Source of the DNA: Marinicella sp.
Lineage (GTDB): Bacteria > Pseudomonadota > Gammaproteobacteria > Xanthomonadales > Marinicellaceae
Reading direction: 5' to 3'
DNA: 64,000 nt
Assembly: GCA_965230295.1 (NCBI GenBank)
Contig: OZ246001.1
Coordinates: forward strand, 1,664,001-1,728,000
Below, piece by piece: positions 19,177 to 28,116 of this stretch; within the stretch, counting starts at the first letter, position 1, and the number at the start of each line of letters is the position of its first letter. Under the pieces are notes generated by a model. It ran no database searches. It had not been told where the DNA came from and saw only the letters and a program-made list of their open reading frames with translations. Position numbers and translations under genes: made by a program.

Positions 19177-20883
19177 ATGCGTACACTCCTTTTCATAACT
19201 TTGGTGCTTTTCTCAGATATTTTGTTGGCACAAGATGCTGATGTTGGTGTTGGTGTGAGGTTATTTCAATCCCGGATCATCACCGGTGACTTGGCAAAAA
19301 TGCAAATCACCGTTCGCAACCAGGGTCCGGATACGGCTGCTGGTGTGAAGTTGAATGTAGACATCACCCAAGGTTTGTTCAATGACATTTCCACCACCGC
19401 AACCGGACCATGCGACATTTCTGTTGAACAAGGAAAAATACGCTGCCAAAACATTGGCGATTTTCCTGCTGGGGATGAAAAAGTTATTTTCGTCAGGATT
19501 CAAATGGTTGAACAAGACGAACCTGAAGACCTGATCCTGGCTGCCGAAGCAAGTTCATCAACCGCCGACCCGAACATCAGTAACAATGGTCAATTAATTG
19601 TGGTTGGTGTCAGCCCGCTACCAGATGTTGATGGTTATGCGCAAGGCATGTTAACCAGTATGCCAGAAGGCCGGCGAGCAAGATTTGCCAGAGCCGCTCA
19701 AGTCTTGGGCGCCTATTGTGGGGGCTCCAGCCTACACACAGCATTGGGCGGTGTATGTGATGATTTGTTACAACAGGCTGAGCTGGGGGATTTTGAAACC
19801 ATCACCCGCGTGTTGAGCTGGATGCGACCCAGGAATGTGGTTCATCAGGCCAGAAACTCCACCAAGCTTGTGGCTTCTCAGCTGGCAAATCTGGGTCAAA
19901 GAATGGCGCAATTGCGAGCCGGCGTCAGTGGTTTTTCTGCTGCTGATTTACAATTGAATAATGGCAGCGAATCCTTACCGATTTCGATGTTGGCTTATCA
20001 GGGTGATGGCAATCAAGCCGAAAGCTTTGTTTCGCCATGGGGCTTCTTTGTCAATGGCAGTTTGACCACGGGAGATTTTGAGTATGCCGATGAGGTTAAC
20101 GATGGTTTTGATTTTGATTCTGACAGCCTCAGTGCCGGTTTTGATTACCGTTTTTCCAACCGTTTTGTTTTGGGTGCTGCACTCGGGTACAACCAAATGA
20201 AATCCAACACCGGAGCGGGTGTGCGTATGGAGTCTGAAGGAGCCAGCATCAATTTATATGGTTTGTTCACCCCGGCAGATAACTTTTACATTGACACCAG
20301 AATCAGTTATGCAAGGCCTGATGTGAAACAAACCCGACTGGAGTTTTTTAATTTAATCGATGAAGTGGTTGATATTGAAGCCGTTGGAGAAACCCAATCA
20401 GATCAATTCACCATTGCAGCCAGTGCCGGTTACAATTTCAACCGCGGTGCCTGGAACTGGTCACCATACATCACTGCAGAGTATGTCAATAATCAACTGG
20501 ATCAGTTTACCGAAACAGGTGCCGGTGGGTGGAATATCTTTTATGGTGAACAGGAATTCAAGGCCCTTAAATACAACTTGGGTTTCACTGTATCTCGTGC
20601 CATCAGCACCCGCAATGGTGTGATTTCTCCACAATTAAGCTGGCAACACAATTACGAAGATCAGGATGATGGCATCATGGAAATGCGTTTGATTGGGATG
20701 CCTGTCGATGAGCTGTTCAATGTGGAAACTAATTTTACTGAAAGCAGCTACAGCCAGGCCAGCTTAGGAGTCACTTGGATCATGGCCAACGGCAAAATGT
20801 TTTATTTGCGGTATAGCCAAATATTTGGCTTGAATAATTTTGATCAAAACACCATCAGTTTAGGTGCTCGATTCGAATTTTGA
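19177..20883 (+). CDS. autotransporter-type outer-membrane beta-barrel protein with DUF11-like passenger
   Basis: Signal peptide; ITVRNQGPDTAAGV...DPNISNN (DUF11 signature); C-terminal barrel (SAGFDYRF) ending in ARFEF. Confidence 0.8.
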   Translation: MRTLLFITLVLFSDILLAQDADVGVGVRLFQSRIITGDLAKMQITVRNQGPDTAAGVKLNVDITQGLFNDISTTATGPCDISVEQGKIRCQNIGDFPAGDEKVIFVRIQMVEQDEPEDLILAAEASSSTADPNISNNGQLIVVGVSPLPDVDGYAQGMLTSMPEGRRARFARAAQVLGAYCGGSSLHTALGGVCDDLLQQAELGDFETITRVLSWMRPRNVVHQARNSTKLVASQLANLGQRMAQLRAGVSGFSAADLQLNNGSESLPISMLAYQGDGNQAESFVSPWGFFVNGSLTTGDFEYADEVNDGFDFDSDSLSAGFDYRFSNRFVLGAALGYNQMKSNTGAGVRMESEGASINLYGLFTPADNFYIDTRISYARPDVKQTRLEFFNLIDEVVDIEAVGETQSDQFTIAASAGYNFNRGAWNWSPYITAEYVNNQLDQFTETGAGGWNIFYGEQEFKALKYNLGFTVSRAISTRNGVISPQLSWQHNYEDQDDGIMEMRLIGMPVDELFNVETNFTESSYSQASLGVTWIMANGKMFYLRYSQIFGLNNFDQNTISLGARFEF

Positions 20884-20893
20884 TTACACTGAA

Positions 20894-21080
20894 TTGTTGA
20901 AAGAAGTAGTCCAATGAAAGCAGAACACCACTTCTGGTGTGGGCAAGAAGCCGCAGTTCAAGCAGTCATTGGACAGCCTGTATCGTAATCAAGGCTCAGT
21001 GAATATTTCGTCAAAGCGTTAACCAGCAATCATGATTGGGACTTCTGGCACTGTTTCATTGGTCCCAAAGCCTTCAATAT
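20894..21080. other. structured intergenic region upstream of the M3 peptidase
   Basis: GTCCAATGA/TCATTGGAC stem (20909-20974) enclosing two hairpins; further hairpins at 20975-20996 and 21036-21068. Confidence 0.35.
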
Positions 21081-21114
21081 ATTTGCCCAATTAATTCTAT
21101 TGATTGAGGTAATG

Positions 21115-23280
21115 ATGAAATCACAAAGAAAAACACAATGGCTGACCAGTCTGGCACTGGGTATAACCATGTGCTTGAGCGTCCAGGCGCAAGAGCCAGC
21201 CGCCCAAAGCAACCCTGATAACAATCCGCTGTTGTCTGAGTGGACTGGCCCCTACGGAGGAGTTCCCGCTTTTGATAAAATGGACCTTAAATACGTTCCA
21301 GAGGCCTTCGATGTGGCGATTGCTGAAAATTTGGCTGATTATGAAAAAATAGCCAACAACCCTGAACCAGCCACCTTTGAAAACACCATCGTAGCCATGG
21401 AAAAAGCCGGTGAGAAACTGGGCAGGGCATTCACATACTTTGGCATTTGGGGCAGTAATTTATCCAGCCCAGAGGTGCGCAAATTGCAAATGCAATACTC
21501 TCCTAAATTTTCCGAAATGGGTTCGAAAATATCACAAAACAAAAAACTCTTTGAACGGGTTAAAAAAGTTTATGAGGACTCTTTGAAAAACCCGCTTGAA
21601 CCAGAAGCCCAACGTTTGGTCAACAGTTCATATGAAGGGTTTGCGATGAATGGTGCCAACCTCGATGAGTTTTCCAAAAAACGTTATGCCGCGATCAACA
21701 AAGAGCTGTCTACGCTCTACACCAATTTTGCCAACAATGTGCTCAACGATGAAGAAGGTTATGTGACTTTCCTGAACAAGGACCAACTCAGCGGACTGCC
21801 CGAGTCCCTGGTTAAGGCGGCCGCACAAGCTGCCAAAGACAAAGGCAAAGATGGTCAGTACGCGATCACGAACACGCGCTCTTCTATGGATCCGTTTCTG
21901 ACCTATTCAGACGAACGTGAACTGCGCAAAAAAGTCTGGACCAACTACTATTCACGCGGAGACAACGGTGATGAGTATGACAACAACGAAAACATCGCCA
22001 AAATCTTGAAACTTCGTCGAGAGCGTGTGGAGTTGTTGGGCCATAAAAACTACCCAGAATGGCGGTTGCAAAACCGCATGGCCAAAACACCAGAAAATGC
22101 CATGAAGTTGATGGAAGCGGTGTGGCCTGCTGCCATTGGCCGAGTTAAAGAAGAAGTGGCCGATATGCAAGCCGTGGCTGATGAATTGGGTCATGAGCTC
22201 ACCATTGAGCCTTGGGATTACCGTTATTATGCCGAAAAAGTTCGCAAGAAAAAATACGATTTGGACTCCAATGAAGTCAAACAATACCTGCAGCTAGACA
22301 ACTTACGCGAAGCCATGTTCTTTGTCGCTGGCGAGCTGTTTAACTTCAAATTCACTGCATTACCCGAAGGCAAAGTTCCTGTTTATCACCCTGATGTAAA
22401 AGTTTGGGATGTCACAGATAAAACCAGCGGTGATCACATTGGTTTGTGGTATCTGGACCCCTTTGCCCGTTCAGGAAAACGTTCAGGCGCATGGGCCAGC
22501 CAATACCGTACATACGAGTCTTATGACGGTAAAGTCACCGTGTTGTCATCCAACAATTCCAACTTCATCAAGCCAGCACCCGGTGAAGCCGTGTTGATTT
22601 CTTGGGATGATGCCAACACCTTTTTCCATGAATTTGGCCATGCTCTACACTTCTTGTCATCTAACGTGAAATACCCAAGCTCAAACGGTGGTGTGAGAGA
22701 CTATACTGAATTTCAATCACAGTTACTGGAGCGTTGGCTGTCTACAGATGAAGTGATCAACAAATACATGAAACACCACAAAACCGGTGAAGTCATACCC
22801 AAAGAATTGATAGCCAAAATCAAAAAAGCCGCCACCTTTAACCAGGGTTTTGCCACCACTGAATATTTGGCATCGGCTTTGATGGACATGAAGTTCCATA
22901 TGGCTGACCCCAAAGACATTGACCCAGATAAGTTTGAACGCGAAACTTTGGCCGCTTTGAACATGCCAAAAGAGTTGGTTATGCGACACCGCACGCCACA
23001 CTTTGGGCACGTGTTTTCTGGTGAAGGTTATGCCACTGCATACTACGGTTACATGTGGGCCGATGTATTAACTTCAGATGCTGCTGAAGCTTTTGAAGAA
23101 GCACCCGGTGGATTTTATGACAAAGAGGTGGCTGCAAAATTGGTGAAATACCTGTTTGCACCACGCAATGCCATGGATCCGGCTGAAGCCTACCGCAAAT
23201 TCCGTGGCCGTGACGCTTCCATCGATGCATTGATGCGTGACCGAGGGTTTCCGGTCCCGGAGAAAAAGACCACACCATAG
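21115..23280 (+). CDS. M3 family metallopeptidase (peptidyl-dipeptidase Dcp-like), exported
   Basis: Signal peptide; NPLL, ATFENTI, KRSGAW, FHEFGHALH (HExxH) and GYATAYYGYMWA motifs. Confidence 0.93.
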   Translation: MKSQRKTQWLTSLALGITMCLSVQAQEPAAQSNPDNNPLLSEWTGPYGGVPAFDKMDLKYVPEAFDVAIAENLADYEKIANNPEPATFENTIVAMEKAGEKLGRAFTYFGIWGSNLSSPEVRKLQMQYSPKFSEMGSKISQNKKLFERVKKVYEDSLKNPLEPEAQRLVNSSYEGFAMNGANLDEFSKKRYAAINKELSTLYTNFANNVLNDEEGYVTFLNKDQLSGLPESLVKAAAQAAKDKGKDGQYAITNTRSSMDPFLTYSDERELRKKVWTNYYSRGDNGDEYDNNENIAKILKLRRERVELLGHKNYPEWRLQNRMAKTPENAMKLMEAVWPAAIGRVKEEVADMQAVADELGHELTIEPWDYRYYAEKVRKKKYDLDSNEVKQYLQLDNLREAMFFVAGELFNFKFTALPEGKVPVYHPDVKVWDVTDKTSGDHIGLWYLDPFARSGKRSGAWASQYRTYESYDGKVTVLSSNNSNFIKPAPGEAVLISWDDANTFFHEFGHALHFLSSNVKYPSSNGGVRDYTEFQSQLLERWLSTDEVINKYMKHHKTGEVIPKELIAKIKKAATFNQGFATTEYLASALMDMKFHMADPKDIDPDKFERETLAALNMPKELVMRHRTPHFGHVFSGEGYATAYYGYMWADVLTSDAAEAFEEAPGGFYDKEVAAKLVKYLFAPRNAMDPAEAYRKFRGRDASIDALMRDRGFPVPEKKTTP

Positions 23281-23340
23281 TCTATCCATACTCAGGTGAC
23301 AAAAGCCTCAAGGTTTCTTGGGGCTTTTTTTATGGATAGA
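23281..23340. terminator. bidirectional intrinsic terminator
   Basis: AAAAGCCTCAAG-GTTT-CTTGGGGCTTTT core with an outer perfect 10 bp inverted repeat TCTATCCATA/TATGGATAGA. Confidence 0.8.
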
Positions 23341-23341
23341 T

Positions 23342-23722
23342 TCAGTCCACTGTTTTGGCAGTGACTTCTATTTCTATTTTCATTGCATCATCCAACAAGC
23401 CGGCTTCAATCATGGTTGCAGCTGGCCGACTGTCAGCAAGGTACTTACGAATGATGGGCGCACACAGGTCGAAATCAGCTTTGTTGGGCAAGATGTAGTG
23501 AATTCGCACCACCTGATTCAAGTCTGAGTTGGCTGCGGACAGCGCTGCTTTGATGTTTTCGAAACACTGCTCGGTTTGTACTGCCACATCAGGACTGATA
23601 GACATGTCAGTGTAATCATAGCCGGTGGTTCCAGAGACAAAAACATAGGGTTCATCAACAACAGCTCTTGAATAGGCAAACCGTTCCTCAAATGCTGATC
23701 CACTTGATATCAATTTTTTCAT
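23342..23722 (-). CDS. RidA/YjgF family protein
   Basis: YSRAV, VFVSGTTG, RPAATM and KIEIEVTA motifs. Confidence 0.92.
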   Translation of the reverse strand: MKKLISSGSAFEERFAYSRAVVDEPYVFVSGTTGYDYTDMSISPDVAVQTEQCFENIKAALSAANSDLNQVVRIHYILPNKADFDLCAPIIRKYLADSRPAATMIEAGLLDDAMKIEIEVTAKTVD

Positions 23723-23855
23723 GTTCTTTGTTTTTAATTGATGTTGGTAGGCTGACCACTTTAATACATGCCAAAGAAAATATAAATCTCTCTTTCAGGC
23801 ATTGTCGGTTTCCGGATTAATGACATACAATGCTGCTTTTGTAATCCCCTATATC

Positions 23856-24554
23856 ATGCGTCCACAGCTTCTCATCAGAAAATTTCACAAATGGCTCGGG
23901 TTGATCCTAGGCCTCCAAATTCTACTGTGGTTCTTCAGCGGCTTCATGATGAGCTGGATGCCGATCAATGAAATTCGTGGCAATCACTTGATGAAGCCGC
24001 AAAAGGCAACACCCGTATCAATGAGTGGGGTTGACCTTGCTTCCATTGAACGCGTCGTTGCTGAACCGATCCATGGACTGCAGATCAAGCCTTGGCTAGG
24101 TAACACCGTATTACAAGTAACCACAGAAAGCCAAAAACTGTTGTTTGATGCCCAATCGTTACAACGAATTTCCCCCCTGTCTGAACAGCAGGTTCGAGCT
24201 GTCATTCAAGCCAACTTGCTGCCACAATATCAAATCTCATCCATGGTATTATTGAATGAAGTACCCAATGAGGCCCGAGGACGCCAAGCGCCATTGTGGC
24301 AAGTACAGTTATCTGGTGATGAACAGCCCAGAATTTACGTCTCTGCAGCGACGGGTGATGTGGTGGCCAAACGAACCAGTCGTTGGCGCTTGTTTGATTT
24401 TCTGTGGATGTTGCACATCATGGATTATGATGAACGTGAAGACTTCAATCACCCCCTGCTTTATTTAACCGCCTTGAGTGCTTTGTTATTTACCTTTTCT
24501 GGTTTTTTCTTGTTGTTTTATTCATTACGAAAAAGGCCAAAAAGGGCTGGTTGA
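23856..24554 (+). CDS. PepSY / PepSY-associated TM helix protein
   Basis: RKFHKWLGLILG...SG, WRLFDFLWMLHIMDY and a C-terminal TM helix; start at ATG 23856. Confidence 0.85.
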   Translation: MRPQLLIRKFHKWLGLILGLQILLWFFSGFMMSWMPINEIRGNHLMKPQKATPVSMSGVDLASIERVVAEPIHGLQIKPWLGNTVLQVTTESQKLLFDAQSLQRISPLSEQQVRAVIQANLLPQYQISSMVLLNEVPNEARGRQAPLWQVQLSGDEQPRIYVSAATGDVVAKRTSRWRLFDFLWMLHIMDYDEREDFNHPLLYLTALSALLFTFSGFFLLFYSLRKRPKRAG

Positions 24555-24560
24555 ATATTT

Positions 24561-24828
24561 AGGGCCTGTTAACACCATGCAAATGGTTACTGTTATGACT
24601 GAAATTAATCCAATCAAGGTGCGAAGAGCGCAGTTGGGCGATTCCCATCAAGTGATGAGCAACACCGAGTGGGGTAATTTCAGCCCTAACCCGTAGGGCT
24701 GGGTTGCTTTTTCCATCCAACGGCGTTATCAGTCGTTCATGTGGAATAACCACACATCACGACTTTTGCCTTGTCGGATTGAAAAAGTAACTCCAGCAGT
24801 CACTATTTACATAGTATTAACAGGCCCT
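24561..24828. mobile_element. MITE-like element (268 bp) with 32 bp terminal inverted repeats, IS5-like ends
   Basis: Left end AGGGCCTGTTAACACCATGCAAATGGTTACTG vs right end (reverse complement) AGGGCCTGTTAATACTATGTAAATAGTGACTG, 27/32 identical; no transposase. Confidence 0.75.
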
Positions 24829-24894
24829 GGTAAAACCGCACATTTTTTGTGTTATCCTGTTGCAGATTTTAATTATATATAGGGGATTTCTATC

Positions 24895-25245
24895 ATGACA
24901 AAATTATTGATTACTTTTCTCATCATGGGTTGGTTTTCCGTGGCTGATGCCAAACTCAGTTGTTACGATTTAGATGAATTGGCCACTGACTTGGATGACT
25001 TGGCTGAAGCATTGGTGGATGTCGACACCATTGGTGCCAACAGTGAGTTGGATGATGCACTGGGTGATGTCACCGATGTTCTGGAGCTGGTGGCCGACGT
25101 CGAAAACGATGCCCGCCTTACCCGCTGGATTGCGGATTTACAATTGGCTTGGGATGACATGGAAAGAGAGGATTTCGAGGACTCTCTGGATGACATCATC
25201 GAACGATTGGATGAATTGGGTGAACGCGATTGCAGTGATTGGTAA
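24895..25245 (+). CDS. secreted, very acidic helical hypothetical protein
   Basis: AGGGG RBS; signal peptide ending ADA; about one third of mature residues are D/E; two terminal Cys. Confidence 0.8.
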   Translation: MTKLLITFLIMGWFSVADAKLSCYDLDELATDLDDLAEALVDVDTIGANSELDDALGDVTDVLELVADVENDARLTRWIADLQLAWDDMEREDFEDSLDDIIERLDELGERDCSDW

Positions 25246-25264
25246 TTTAAACCCGGTTTTACTT

Positions 25265-25291
25265 AGGGGGTGACCCTCATTGGCCACCCCT
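25265..25291. terminator. hairpin between convergent genes
   Basis: GGGGTGACC-CTCATT-GGCCACCCC imperfect stem. Confidence 0.5.
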
Positions 25292-25308
25292 GAATTCATC
25301 ATCAAAAA

Positions 25309-27051
25309 TTATTCTACAGTGATGGGTTGCTCTAGCAACACCAGCCTTTGTTTGCCCTGTAACACATAACGTACTTTGTATTGACCGGGTTCATCCGGCA
25401 TGGTCAATGTGCCTTTTTCCGGATGTCCTTTGGCATAAAAGTAAGTGAGTTCTCCATAAGTTCGGTTGTATCCTTCTTTGACCAAATCAATATAGTCTTG
25501 GCTTCGATTGGGTCCGGTCCACACCACCTCAATGGTGCTGCCCGCTTTTGCAACGGCAGGAAAAGTCAGCGTTGCCGGTACCGCCAACACTTTGATAGGA
25601 CTGCTGGTTATCACTTTGCGCCCATCGGCACCTTGCATGATGAACCTGACCTGGTAGTCACCGGGTTCAACCGGCATCAACAACTCACCACTGTCTGGGT
25701 TGTCTTTTAAATAAAAATAACCGATCTCACCATAGGTTTTGGTGTAATCTGATTTCACCACATCTATGTACCCTTCTGGATTATTGGGCCCGGTCCAATA
25801 CACCGGCACCATGGCAGCGACTTCGGCCGCAGGCTGGAAGGCCAGGGTGGCAGCTGCTGCCCTGACCTGCAGTGGAATTTGATACAACACCTGTCGGCCA
25901 CCTGGTGCTTCCAAGATATATCGCAGTTGATATTGGCCGGCTTCAGCAGGAGCTTGTACCTTTCCTGTGGATCCTGTTTTGGTGTAAAAGTAACTCAGTT
26001 CTCCATAGGTTCTTTGGTTACCTTCAGGTACTAAATCAATATAGTCTCCTTCGCGCCCTGGCCCCTGCCATGACACTGAAAAATAAGTACCCGCATCCAC
26101 TGCGCCGGGCGCCACCAATGAAACTTCACTGTCGACGACTTCAATACTGTCTGACGCCAAAACATGTTTCTGTTTGGGGCCTTGCCAAACATAGCGAACT
26201 TCATAATCACCCACTTCTCCTGGCGCACGCAGTTCGGAAGGAGCCCCTTGATGAGTCCATTGATAAGTGATTTCACCGTAAACCCTGTGCTCTCCTTTTT
26301 TAACCACATCTATGTAATCTAACTCACCATTTGGACCCGTCCATTGGGTGGAAAAACTGGCACCAATCACCACCCCTGAATCAGGACCGTCGACGGTTGC
26401 TTCTGGCAACACAACTTCTGGTTCTGGTTCAGCGTTAACTACCACCACTTGTTCTAGTGCTTCGTTTAAACTGGCTGCATCCTGAGCAGGCAGGTATAAA
26501 CCACCCGTGGCATCAGCCATGCAAGACACTTGTTTACCCTGATCGACACTCAAGCCAAAACCCACCACGTGAGCGGTGAAATCCACACCCAACTGTTCCA
26601 GCTCTGCTGCCACGGCACACGGGTCCATATCACAGGTTTCAACCCCATCTGTAATCAGCACCACTTCGGCTTGTTGTTCCGTGTATTTCATTTGTTCTGC
26701 GGCCAATTTAACCGCCTGACTGAGGGGTGTTTTTCCTTTGGGCACCAATTGGTTCACTTGAGCAACAATTTGTGCTGCTGTACCGGCGACTGGTGAGACC
26801 AGGGTTTCGATGTCATTACAGTCACCTTTTTTGCGGTGACCATAGGCCATCAAGCCCACGGCTTGGTTTTTGCCTATGCCCTGACTGATGGTATCGATGG
26901 CTGCTTTGGCTGTTTCTATTTTTGCGGTACCATTGATTTGACCCCACATAGAACCAGAGGTATCAAATACAATCATGGTGCTTTTTTCTGCCTGAGCTTG
27001 ACCAAGGCTGGATAAGGCGAATATCGCCATCATTCGTGTGGTTTTGTTCAT
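25309..27051 (-). CDS. exported VWA domain protein with four Ig-like repeats
   Basis: MIDAS motif DTSGS...T...ITDG; four ~92 aa repeats WxGP...YIDxV...YGE..Y...PxExGxYxxRY. Confidence 0.88.
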   Translation of the reverse strand: MNKTTRMMAIFALSSLGQAQAEKSTMIVFDTSGSMWGQINGTAKIETAKAAIDTISQGIGKNQAVGLMAYGHRKKGDCNDIETLVSPVAGTAAQIVAQVNQLVPKGKTPLSQAVKLAAEQMKYTEQQAEVVLITDGVETCDMDPCAVAAELEQLGVDFTAHVVGFGLSVDQGKQVSCMADATGGLYLPAQDAASLNEALEQVVVVNAEPEPEVVLPEATVDGPDSGVVIGASFSTQWTGPNGELDYIDVVKKGEHRVYGEITYQWTHQGAPSELRAPGEVGDYEVRYVWQGPKQKHVLASDSIEVVDSEVSLVAPGAVDAGTYFSVSWQGPGREGDYIDLVPEGNQRTYGELSYFYTKTGSTGKVQAPAEAGQYQLRYILEAPGGRQVLYQIPLQVRAAAATLAFQPAAEVAAMVPVYWTGPNNPEGYIDVVKSDYTKTYGEIGYFYLKDNPDSGELLMPVEPGDYQVRFIMQGADGRKVITSSPIKVLAVPATLTFPAVAKAGSTIEVVWTGPNRSQDYIDLVKEGYNRTYGELTYFYAKGHPEKGTLTMPDEPGQYKVRYVLQGKQRLVLLEQPITVE

Positions 27052-27217
27052 GCTTAATCCTTCTTTTTAGATCGGCTTATTGTGCTGGTTCACTACCCAG
27101 ATTTCAAACCCAAACTGAGGTTCTGTGTGCCACCACACAATTGTTCAATCAGACACTTTCAGTTTGGGTTCATACTCAACGATTTTGATGAAAATATGAT
27201 GCAAAAATAAACCCCTT

Positions 27218-27259
27218 TTGACAATAGTCAAACAAGTGTTTTAACGTTTTTTTTACAAT
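27218..27259 (+). promoter_or_regulatory. FNR/Anr-like box and -10 element of the ompW promoter
   Basis: TTGAC-AATA-GTCAA (27218-27231) is centred ~41.5 bp upstream of the start predicted from TACAAT (27254-27259). Confidence 0.55.
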
Positions 27260-27290
27260 ACCATTTTCACAACAAAAATGAGACTTTACT

Positions 27291-27959
27291 ATGAAAAAAG
27301 TACTAACAACTGCTTTGGCTTTGATGAGTTTTAACGCTTTGGCTGTAGAAAAAGGCGACTGGCTGTTACACGTTCGGGCTATCAACATTGCACCCAATGA
27401 TGACAGTTCTTTGGTTCGTGTTGATGGTGCCGGTGTGGCAGGAACTGGAGTCAACGTTGATGACAACATGTCATTGGATATTTCTTTGGGATACATGATG
27501 ACCGATAACTGGGCGGTTGAGCTTTTGGCTGACTTGAGCTCAAAACACAGTGTGTCTTCTGTGGGCTTGGGGGGCCTCGGTGTTCCAGATGGTACCGATG
27601 TGGTTGATACCAATGTGTTACCTCCAACCGTTTTCCTGCAATACCAGTTTAACCCCAAAGGAAAGGTCAGACCTTACCTGGGCGTGGGTGTCAACTACAC
27701 CTTGTTCTTCAATGATGAGTTAACCGGCGCAGCACAATCAGTTTTGGGTGCCAGTAATTTGGACATTGACAGCTCTTTTGGTGCTGCCGCTCAGTTTGGT
27801 ATTGACTGGGAGTTGAAGAATGACTGGTCGTTTAATGTGGATGTGAAATACATTCAAATTGATACCGAAGCCACTTTCGATACCGCCATTGGCCGTGCTT
27901 CTGTTGATGTAGATATCAACCCCACCGTTTTTGGTATCGGTTTCGGTAAAACATTCTGA
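27291..27959 (+). CDS. ompW: OmpW family outer-membrane protein
   Basis: Signal peptide; GDWLLHVRA, TDNWAVELL, LPPT, RPYLGVGVNYT and DINP motifs; terminal Phe. Confidence 0.92.
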   Translation: MKKVLTTALALMSFNALAVEKGDWLLHVRAINIAPNDDSSLVRVDGAGVAGTGVNVDDNMSLDISLGYMMTDNWAVELLADLSSKHSVSSVGLGGLGVPDGTDVVDTNVLPPTVFLQYQFNPKGKVRPYLGVGVNYTLFFNDELTGAAQSVLGASNLDIDSSFGAAAQFGIDWELKNDWSFNVDVKYIQIDTEATFDTAIGRASVDVDINPTVFGIGFGKTF

Positions 27960-27989
27960 TAGATTCATTGTTCCCTACAATTCGATCTT

Positions 27990-28018
27990 GGGCTCGGTAT
28001 TCATCGGGCCCTTTTTTT
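27990..28018 (+). terminator. intrinsic terminator of ompW
   Basis: GGGCTCGGT-ATTC-ATCGGGCCC followed by T7. Confidence 0.8.
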
Positions 28019-28046
28019 GTCTGTTAATCATGTTTTTCATATCACT

Positions 28047-28109
28047 TTATGACCGTTTGGTCAAAAAGCGTGTTTTTTTATTGACCGATCGGTCATAAAT
28101 ACCTATAAT
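28047..28109 (+). promoter_or_regulatory. TetR promoter with two TGACC-N4-GGTCA operators
   Basis: TGACCGTTTGGTCA 28050-28063 and TGACCGATCGGTCA 28082-28095; promoter TTGACC-17-TATAAT (28081-28109). Confidence 0.8.
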
Positions 28110-28116
28110 GCGCCTC

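Noticed and set aside
24478-24753. Short ORFs 24478-24696(+) and 24559-24753(-)
   Set aside because: They lie within the MITE and have no transposase motifs.
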